Origin: Eledone cirrhosa
Lineage: Eukaryota
Assembly: GCA_964016885.1 (NCBI GenBank)
Contig: OZ024742.1
Location: 153,078,001 to 153,142,000, forward strand
Direction of reading: 5' to 3'
Length of the DNA: 64,000 bases
The notes below the pieces were generated by a model. The model saw only the letters and a program-made list of their open reading frames with translations. It was not told the DNA's origin and ran no database searches. This document shows, in pieces, positions 53,858-64,000 of the stretch; within the stretch, counting starts at the first letter, position 1; each line of letters opens with the position of its first letter. A program made the translations under genes and the position numbers.

Positions 53858-53917
<60 letters not shown>

Positions 53918-53918
<1 letters not shown>

Positions 53919-55920
53919 AGTTGCATTTATCTTGCTTTATGTTCATACGAGTTATCACCAAGTCACAACCAGTAACCTCAAGAGACAACAAGGTCCGCCA
54001 TGTTCAAGAAAGAACATACATATTCACACATGCATCTTTAGTGTTTAGACTTGTGATGTACTTATATTGACAGAATCTTCCTTAGTATATGGGCAGTTCC
54101 CATTAGTACTATCTTTTGTATTTCTCCTATACGCGGGTTTCCTGGGATTTGCGATAAGTAATCATTAGACCCCTTAGATATCATTCCCAGAGAGCCCACA
54201 ACCACTGGTATTGTTTTAGTTCTCAATTTCCACATTTTCCCAATTTCTATCTCCAGGTCCTTATACTTGCTCAATTTTTCAAACGTTTTTATAGATACAT
54301 TCTTGTCTATTGGAACAGACATATCAATTAGCAGGCATACCCTCTTTTGAAAGTCTTTAAATATTATATCAGGTCTGTTTGCATCTACTTTTCGGTCTGT
54401 TTGGATTCTAAAGTTCCACAAAATTGAGATGTGATCTTTTTCAAGTATGGGAGGTGGTTGATGCTCCCACCAATACTTTTGATGGGACAGGTCGAAATGC
54501 TTACACATTATCCAATGTATGTATTGTGCAGCTCTGTCATGCCTGTTTAGGTATTCGGTTGGAGCTATAGGACTGCACATTGAAATTATATGGTCAATGG
54601 TCTCTGGTTGTTTTTTGCATACACGGCATAATGGGCTGCACCCATTTTTTATTATGTTGGCTTGGTAATTTTTTGTTGGCAGACACTGATCTTGTGCCGA
54701 TATAATCAGTCCTTCAGTCTCCGATTTCAGTCCAGAGGATGCCAACCACTGATGGGTTAGAGTTTTGTCAACATCAGGATTGTTAGCTCGCTCTGGGTAT
54801 TTTCCATACAGAGGCTTTTCTTGCCATTTCTTAGCCAGTTTCTGTAGCAGTTCTTTCTTTGCAGTTACTTTTACCTGCTTTGCTTTTTCTGTGTTTTCCA
54901 TTTCAGCAGTAAATGGGACTTCTGAAATTTGTAGTCCATTACTGTATCTTTGTGCATCTTTTGTAATGGAACATGATCTTTTGATACTTTCGTGTTTAAA
55001 AACGAGTTTGATCATCCAATCATGTGATTCCCTTAGATATGTAGATAATCCAATTGTTGCAGTTTTCAACGCAATGTCTAACTGGATTAACCCACGTCCT
55101 CCTTCTTTCCTAGGGAGATATATTCTATCTATATCTGCCTTAGGGTGATGCATTCTGTGCATGGTTAAGAATTTTCGAATTTTTGTATCGAGCCTACGGA
55201 TCTCTGTGCTTGACCAGTTGATGACATTGTAACTGTAGGTTACTACTGGTATGGCAAGCGTGTTTATGGCATCGATCCTATTCCTTGCCTTCAATTCCGT
55301 TCTTAAGATTGCTCTTACTCTGCGGTAACATTCCTTCCTTATCCTTTCCCTCATTGTCGAGTGCTTGATTCCGTCTCCTTCAAAAACACCTAGATATTTG
55401 TAAGTTTTTTCTTGATCAAGTTCTCATATCACGTTCCCCCGATCAAGATTAATGTCTGAACTCTTCAGCAGCTTTCCTCTGGTGAACGTTGCTTTGGCGC
55501 ATTTATCTAGTTCAAACTCCATTTTAATGTCATCACTGAACTGCTTCACAGTGGATAATAGCCCTTGCAATTGTTCATCATTTTTTGCAAATAGTTTCAG
55601 GTCATCCATGTAGAACAGGTGATTAATGGTTTTGTCATAGACTTTATATTCATGTTTTGTTTCATTGAGCATTTTACTTAATGGTATAAATGCGATGCAG
55701 AATAAAAGCGGTGATAAAGAGTCACCCTAAAAAATTCCACAATTAATATTAACTTCTCCAGCTTCCAGTGATTTTGTTTCACTATTCAAAAGGAGGTTCG
55801 TTTTACATGTCTTCATACTGAATGACAAAAACCTCCTGACAACGGGGGATATTTTGAAAATCTCTAAACATATTTCAATCCAACTGTGTGGCAAACTATC
55901 GAATGCTTTTTTATAATCTA
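53918..55920 (-). mobile_element. 5'-truncated R4/Dong-like element, family B
   Basis: IDYKKAFD, LFYMDDLK, CRVC...HIISMC, RHD, RPDII, KYKDL; disrupted ORF; (TAA)n on both sides. Confidence 0.9.
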
Positions 55921-55937
55921 TTATTATTATTATAATC

Positions 55938-55985
<48 letters not shown>

Positions 55986-55999
55986 TATTATTGTTATTG

Positions 56000-58900
56000 A
56001 ATGCCATGGTTGACGAAGACTCGTCTCTGTAAGGTATTGTAAATTTTCACCACTATAACAATTGTAAATTGTTTAAAACTTTAACCAACTTGTAGACAAA
56101 AATACCCGCTTCCTCGTGAGAGGTGTCTTTCTGCCCGTTATTTGGCCCTTCGGAGTTAAATAACCTCTTATTGTGGTTTTCAGCACAATATTTATTTTAA
56201 ACAAAAAAAACATGGCTACGAAAAAGAATTTTCACAAGTCACTCCCACTCATTCCGTCTTCTTCTTCCTCAATCGTCACTACAGCAGAGAGAAGATTGTC
56301 TCTCTCCCTCCCTTCTCTAAATGTGTCTCTCTCCCTCCCTTCTCTTTCGCAAGCGACGCCAGTAAAGAAAAATCACGTGCAAAGCATGGAACATTTCTCC
56401 ACGACGACGACAGCGACGAAAAAGGTGTGCGGTAAATACAAAAACCCATCTCATTCGTCTGACGTCATGAATAATAGCAGTAGCAGCCGTAATAACAGCA
56501 GCAGCAGCAACAGTGACAAGGAAAACAACAGTAGCAGCCGTAACAGCATCAGCAGCAGCATAAACAACAACAGCATTAGCAGCAACAGCAACAACAACAG
56601 CAGCAGCAGCAACAACAACAACAACCACAGCAACAGCGGCGGCGGTAGTAGTCGTAGTACCTGCAGCAAGAACAAAAGTGACAGCAGCTCTGACGCCAAC
56701 AACAACAACAGCAGCAGTAAAGAAAAACCAATCTCGTTTGCAGGTATCGCAAAGAACCTGGAAACCATCCTCATAACAAATGAGGAATTAGAGGAAGCGA
56801 AGAAGATGGTGACGAAAATCGGACACCGAGCAATCTGCAAGGCAGCCTAAAACATATTCGAAACCCAACAGCACTGTACGTTTACGTACCGTACAGTAAG
56901 CACAAAATCCCGTAGGTTTGAAAGAGCCACAGAGGTTCAAATACAAAAAGCCTCAGGGTCTGTGTGGCAGCGGAAAACGCATATCACCCGAGCCAAGAAA
57001 TATGCCACCGTAGACGTGCTTTTTGCCACACCCCAGGAGGCAAAGGCCCAATCTTTAGTGACCCTAAGGAGCGAGGAAATGGTGTTGGTGCCCTCCTACT
57101 GCGGGCAAATAATTGTGAGGGTCAAACTGACCCCCCCCCTCCGGGATGGGCCCTTCTTGGCTGGCCGCGTCTGTCCTCGTCGGATCAAGGACAAAACAAC
57201 TGTATTGCAAGTACAGAAAAAATAAGAGAAGATTGGTTCGGCACCTCCATTGAGATGTTAATCCAAACCAACCAGGAGTACATCGAAGCTATCCCGGATG
57301 TGATAGACTTCGATAACGGCACTCAACTGCCCATATGTGTTGAGGGCAAACGCCCGAAATGCTTTCGCTGTGGATCGAAGACTCACCTCAGGGCCTTCTG
57401 CAACGAGAAGATCCTGAGAAAGGAGAAAACCCCCCTCCTTCCGAAACCGGCTCCACGGCTACCAGCAACAGGACAAGCGGCAACCAGGAACGATAGGTCC
57501 GTAGCACCCATACCCACGGCACGAAAATCAAGAACAGCAGTAGCAGTGTAAGTATTAACAACAACAACAGTAATACCAAATGCAGCTGCAACAGAGACTC
57601 CACTGCAAACATCACCAACAACAACAAGTGAAAGAGTGGAGCTGGTACCCCTCCCCGATCTCATATAATCAGACATGGAGTGTGATGTGGGAGAGGGATG
57701 GCAAAATGTCGCAAGAAGGCACAAAAGCAGAAGCAGGGCATCGTCGCCTTCGAGAAGGGAAAAAAAGAAATGAAAAAAGGGTAAAGGCTACTGCAAAGAG
57801 ACTCACAGCAGCAACACCACCAACACCATCACCACCCACACTAGCACCAGCATCACCAGCGGCGACAACCCCACCGCCAACAACAACAACACCTTCAACA
57901 CCACAAGCACCAACATCGCAAACACAACAAAACACACACACCCAGCAACAACGACAAGAAAATAGCAGATCCACACCCAACCCCCAGAAAAACAAATGCA
58001 CGGCAATAAATACACACAACAATGACTTACATAATTGAACACACGACTACATAATACCAGCACCAATCAAAACGCCAACGAACATAAGATTGGTAAAAAT
58101 AGCACAAAAACAATACACAAACGTTAAAACGAAATTCCCCAACGCAGTTGGTGATTTCAGAGACCTAGGATAGACTCTCAACCGGAGAGTATATTCGGAC
58201 ATACTCATAGAAGAGCCGACGACCAGCCGAAGGGACGATTCAACGGTCCCTTCACCAGAAGATAAAGTGAAAAGAGATGGAGAAACCATCCTTCCTCTCG
58301 AAAAGTACGGTAAGTGGTCTTTCCCATCTTTTCCACTCCATTTCAACATGACCTCACTCAGAATAGGCAGCATAAATGCGCGTGGCTTGGGGTCGTCATG
58401 GAAGCAGGGCCACCTGCTCAAAGACCTCAGGTCACTAAACATAGATGTAGTGGCCATCAGCGAGACCAAAATCTCCGAAGCACGGTCCTTCGCACACATC
58501 CTCGGCGGCTACGATGTGTACGCATCTCCCAGCCGTCCTGGATCGGGGGAAGAGTTGCTGTGCTTTTTCGGAGAGGTTTGGATCTCGCCATACGGGGCAT
58601 CTTCCTGGACCCAGAGGGTAAGTTGGTGGTGATGGACGTGACCAGCGGAGACGGGCAAGCTTTCAGGCTAGTGGCCGTCTATGCCCCGACAGGAGCAGGG
58701 CGGCCTGATTTCTTCCGGCGTCTGGAGACCTTTCTTGGAACGTCCGGCTCTTTAGTGTTAGTGGGCGACTGGAACGGGATCTTAGATACACGCTGGGACT
58801 GTGTGGGATTAGCGAATAGGGGAGGAGGGTGTAAGAGCCTCACCAACCTGCTCAGACGTTTTGAACTGTCTGACAGGTACCGATTGGATTTGCTGAATGT

Positions 58901-61900
58901 GCCAATGTGGACTTGGACAAATCGCATAGGTTCATCCAGATCATATCTAGATAGAGTATTTTATAGGGAAATAGATAGGTCTAGCATAGGCTGTCCACAA
59001 TTGAAGATAGTCAGCTACACGGACCACAAATTCGTGATCTGTGTGCTTGACTTAGATAGGCTTCATAGAAGAGGACCCGGCTACTGGAAGCTAAACGCGT
59101 CCTTACCAGCGCGCAAGGCCTACAGAGACCGGATTAAGGAACTAGTTAAGCGGGAGTTGACGGGGGCCATCGTCAACAACAAGTGGGGGTTTGCTCTGAA
59201 AAGAGCGATTAGAATAGAGTCCATTAGGTTTAGTAAGGCTTTAGCAATAGAGAAAAATAGAGCAGAGGGAGAACTAGTTAGAACATTAGACGAGGGGCTT
59301 AGCAAAGGCATCGCGACCGACGTACTTGCGGCGAAATTGGCCCTTGACCAATTCTTCAATGCAAAGCACGAAGGCTGCGTTGTCAGAGCTAGGGTGCGTG
59401 CTCTCAGACACGAGGTGACGAAAGCCGTTCAATAGGCCCGAGTGGCTTAGGCGCGTCGTGGCAACAAAGCCACGATCCGGTCTTTGGTGGACAACGACGG
59501 GCGCATGCTACTAGATCCCGGGCAAATGTGTGAAGCTTTTCAGCGACAATTCGCTCAGCTGTTCGGGCGCAGCGGTGGGGCGGGTCGAGGGATGGACTTT
59601 AGTGTCTACCACGACGGACTGCCGCGGCTTTCGGCCTCTGAGGCGGAGTGTTGCGAAAAGCCGATAACAGCCGCTGAAGTACGGGAGGCAATGACTGGCT
59701 GCACAAGGTGTAAATCGCCTGGTTTGGATGGTCTGCCCTATGAACTTTACGTACAGATGCCAGACTTGTTCGGAAGCCTCTTGGCGCACGTCTTCTGCAA
59801 CTGGCAACAGAACGGGAGAATTCCCAGCTCTGAGCCGAGGAGCCGTGGCGCTGCTGAGAAAGGATCCGAACAAGGGGGATAACATAGTTCATTTCAGGCC
59901 CATAACTCTGCTAAACAAGATTTGGCCAAGGTGCTAGAAAAGAGATTGGCGCTTGTCGTTGATGGTCTGTTGGGAGAGGCGCAGACATGCGCCATTCCCG
60001 ACAGATCCATCCACGACAACCCCCACCCCATGCGATACATCGTAGAGAAGTTATCTAGGGAACCTGGCACGGGTGGGTCCTTGATCAATTTAGATAAGTC
60101 GAAAGCTTTCGATAGGGTCGACCATCGTTACCTAGCGGCAGTCCTGAGGGCGGCTGGCTTTGGAACCGTCTTCAGAGGTAGGATCGCTGCCATGCACAGC
60201 GACATCTGCTCTGTGATGAGAGTGAACGGTCACCTTTCGGAACCGTTAAACTTCATGCGCTCTGTCCTCCAAGAATGTCCCCTCTCGTCCCTCTTGTACG
60301 TATTGAGTCTCGAGCCATTACTGCACACACCGGAGACGTTGAGGGGCGTCTCGCGCCAACTAGGATGCAGAAGATCCGTGTCAGAATATGCGGACGATGT
60401 CACCGTAGTGGTGTCTAACGCCAAACACATAGAGGCGATCGGCACTACACTAAGAAGCGGTGATAGGTGCAATGATCAACCAGGAAAAGTAAGTGGGCTT
60501 GCAGCTCGGCACCTGGAGAGGCAGGTCCATGCCATCCAACGGCGTAGTCGGACGCTGGACGTACGGACCGGTTAAATTGCTCGGGGTCTGGTTCGGTCCG
60601 GACCTCCAGACGGAGAAAAACTGGGACGAGGCGACGAGCAGGGTGGCTTCTCTCACCCAGAAATGGACAGAGTGGAAGCTATCCCTGAAGGTCGAGCGGA
60701 GGTGGCTAACGCGTATATCGCCTCTGTCATCTACCGCCAGACCGTCGTACCTTGTCCTAATCCACGCCTGACTGCGCTGGATCGTTTGCTCTTTCGATTT
60801 TTGTGGAAGGGACCCGCACCGATGGTCAGGCGGTCCATCTGTTGTCAACACCCGCTACATGGAGGGCTGGGCATGTCGTGGCTGATGTGGCACAGGGACA
60901 CGCTCAGGCTACGACATCGCCAACTCTTCCTCGACGGTGATCAGGTGTGTTCGCCGTTTGCTAGACACGTATTTCCCCCACTCGTTTCCTTGACGGAGCT
61001 GCAGTCCTGGGTCAAACGAAGACCGAGAGGGAGCGCCTGGAGACTGGAATGTCTTCAGGCGCTCACAGCCCTCGACCAATCGGGCAATGTGATCGGTGTA
61101 AACTCCACCTCGGCGTTCTATAGAGGATTAGTGGAGGGGAAAATGACGGCATACTTGGGGAAAATCTAGGCGTCGACGAAAATCAACTAGCCAATCTCTT
61201 TGGAAGAACTTTCAGGCCCGGGCCTATGGACAACTTCCAGAAATCTCTGGCCTGGCAGTGCTACCGAGGAGCCTTGCCAGTTCGGAATACACTCTACAGG
61301 CATGGAGGTGCCGTAAGCCAGGCATGTCCGAGATGCGCACAGGGCGACGAAACGGTCCTTCACACATTCGTCCAGTGTCCGAAAATTGCTGACTTGTGGG
61401 TTTATGTCGAACACCTGCTGTCGCGTGTAGGACGGATCCGGCTATCATCTGAGTCCATCGTGAGGATTGCCCCGCCCTCCTCCTTTAGCCGGGAAGGGCA
61501 GGCAGTTTTTATATGTCTGGTGGCCATGGCGAAAGAGAGAGTATGGTGGACACGTTTGAAAGGGCTGAAGACGAGCACTTACCTCTTCGGTGATGCCCTG
61601 ATTGACTTTTTCAAATTTCATTTGAAAAGGAAAATCAGAGTAGAGAGGGAAGTGCTCGCTTCCCAGCATTTTGTTGAAAGATGGGTGAGAGAAGCAAGAA
61701 TGGCCCGAGTGAATGGGCCTACTCTGAGTATATATCTGTAAATTAAAGGTGGAAAACTGGGAGAGGGCACTTGCCTTGGTGGTCAGGGTCACGGTGGCCT
61801 TTTACTGGGCTTTCTTCACAAATGTCCCTCCGAAGTCTCACCCCTATTGGGGAATTTTTCATTGTTATTTTTTGTTACATCCTCTGTTTTTGTTTTTTAC

Positions 61901-61991
61901 GCACAGAAATGCCAATTTGTACCGTCCTGTATTGTCCTGCACTGTCCTTAATGTCTACTTTATGTAAACCCTTGTGGTTAATAAAGGAATC
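56000..61991 (+). mobile_element. Near full-length degenerate Tx1/L1-clade LINE flanked by (TTA)n
   Basis: ORF1 from ATG 56212 with zinc knuckle CFRCGSKTHLRAFC; ORF2 from 58348 to 61741 with APE (SINARG, ISET, VYAP, GDWN, YLDR, TDH), RT (KSPGLDGLP, KAFDRV, YADD) and CPRC...HTFVQC; many frameshifts; AATAAA at 61980. Confidence 0.92.
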
Positions 61992-62025
61992 ATTATTATT
62001 ATTATTATTAATATTATTATTATTA

Positions 62026-64000
62026 CAGCTGCATTTATCTTTCTTTATGTTCATACGAGTTATCACCAAGTCACAACCAGTGACCTCAAGAGACAACAAG
62101 GTCCGCCATGTTCAAGAAAGAACATACATACTCACACATGCATCTTTAGTGTTTAGACTGATGTACTTATATTGATAGAATCTTCCTTAGTATATGGGCA
62201 GTTCCCATTAGTACTATCTTTTGTATTTCTCCTATACGCGGGTTTCCTGGGATTTGCGATAAGTAATCATTAGACCCCTTAGGTATCATTCCTAGAGCTC
62301 CTACGACCACTGGTATTGTTTTAGTTCTCAAGTTCCAATTTCTATCTCCAGGTCCTTATACTTGCTCAATTTTTCAAATTGTTTTTATATATACATTCTT
62401 GTCTATTGGAAAAGACATATCAATTAGCAGGCATACCCTCTTTTTAAAGTCCTTCAATATTATATCAGGTCTATTTGCATCTATTTTTCGGTCCGTTTGG
62501 ATGCTAAAGTTCCACAAGATTGAGATGTGATCTTTTTCAAGTATGGGTGGTGGTTGATGCTCCAACCAATACTTTTGATGGGGCAGGTCAAAATGCTTAC
62601 ACATTATCCTGTGTATGTATTGTGAAATTCTGTCATGCCTGTAGGTATTCGGTTGGATCTATATGACTGCACATTGAAATTATATGGTCAATGGTCTCTG
62701 GTTGTTTTTTACATACACGGCAGAATGGGCTGCATCCATTTTTTATTATGTTGGCTTGGTAATTTTGTGTTGGCAGACACTGATCTTGTGCTGATATAAT
62801 CAGTCCTTCAGTCTCCGATTTCAGTCCAGAGGATGCCAACCACTGATGGGTTAAAGTTTTGTCAACATCAGGATTGTTAGCTCGTTCTGGGTCTTTTCCA
62901 TACAGAGGCTTTTCTTGCCATTTCTTAGCCAGTTTCTGTAGCAGTTCTTTCTTTGCAGTTACTTTTACCTGCTTTGCTTTTTCTGTGTTTTCCATTTCAG
63001 CAGTAAATGGGACTTCTGAAATGTGTAGTCCATTGCTGTATCTTTGTGCATCTTTTGTAATGGAATATGATCTTTTGATACTTTCGTGTTTCAAAACGAG
63101 TTTGATCATCCAATCATGTGATTCCCTCTGATATGTAGATAATCCAATTGTTGAGGTTTTCAACGCAATGTCTAACTGGATTACCCCACGTCCTTCTTCT
63201 TTCCTAGGGAGATATATTATATATGTATCTGCCTTAGGGTGATGCATTCTGTGCATGGTTAAGAATTTTCGAATTTTTGTATCGATCTCTGTGCTTGACC
63301 AGTTGATGACATTGTAACTGTAGGTTACTACTGGTATGGCAAGCGTATTTATGGCATCGATCCTATTCCTTGCATTCAATTCCGTTCTTAAGATTGCTCT
63401 TACTCTGCAGTAACATTCCTTCCTTATCCTTTCCCTCATTGTCGAGTGCTTGATTCCGGATCCTTCACAAAGACCTAGATATTTGTAAGTTTCCTCTTGA
63501 TCAAGATTAATGTCTGAACTCTTCAGCTGCTTTCCTCTGGTGAACGTTGCTTTGGCCCATTTATCTAGTCCAAACCCCATTTTATTGTCATCACTGAACT
63601 GCTCCACAGTGGATAATAGCCCTTGCAATTGTTCATCATTTTTTGCAAATAGTTTCAGGTCATCCATGTAGAACAAGTGATTAATGGTTTTGTCATAGAC
63701 TTTATATCCATGTTTTGTTTCATTGAGCATTTTACTTAATGGTATAAGTGCGATGCAGAATAAAAGCGGTGATAAAGAGCCACCCTGACAAATTCCAAAA
63801 TTAATATTAACTTCACAAGCTTCCAGTGATTTTTTTTCAATATTCAATAGGAGTGTCCTTTTCCATGTCTTCATACTGAATGACAAAAACCTCCTGACAA
63901 CGGGGGATATTTTGAAAATCTCTAAACATTTTTCAATCCAACTGTGTGGCAAACTATCGAATGCTCTTTTATAATCTATCCAAGCAATTGTTAGATTTTT
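62026..64000 (-). mobile_element. Second copy of R4/Dong-like family B (runs off the window end)
   Basis: Highly similar to 53918-55920 including the 3' UTR; small deletions; (TAA)n-like tract at 61992-62025. Confidence 0.9.

Overview
AT-rich animal DNA, probably an octopus (inferred from the octopus-type tRNA-derived SINEs). The window is almost entirely transposable elements and (TA)n/(CA)n/(TAA)n microsatellites; most short ORFs in the track are microsatellite or antisense artefacts. It holds at least six fragments of Penelope-like elements (PLEs; RT plus C-terminal GIY-YIG). One forms an 11.4-kb palindrome (7956-19389) with 5.2-kb arms and a hammerhead ribozyme near each outer end. I read about 20 type I hammerhead or hammerhead-like motifs by eye, roughly half with intact cores. 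Four lie in two non-coding tandem elements (501-nt and 704-nt units) that look like PLE-mobilised retrozymes able to yield circular RNAs. Many insertions share an 'inverted partial copy + sense copy' structure inside (TA)n. The last 15 kb is a stack of three R4/Dong-like elements (one with an intact 1130-aa ORF) and one Tx1/L1 element, each separated by (TAA)n. Also present: SINEs, a mariner MITE, an RTE fragment, a probable non-autonomous Helitron and one candidate host exon. All calls are by eye; no searches or folding were run, and many boundaries are approximate.
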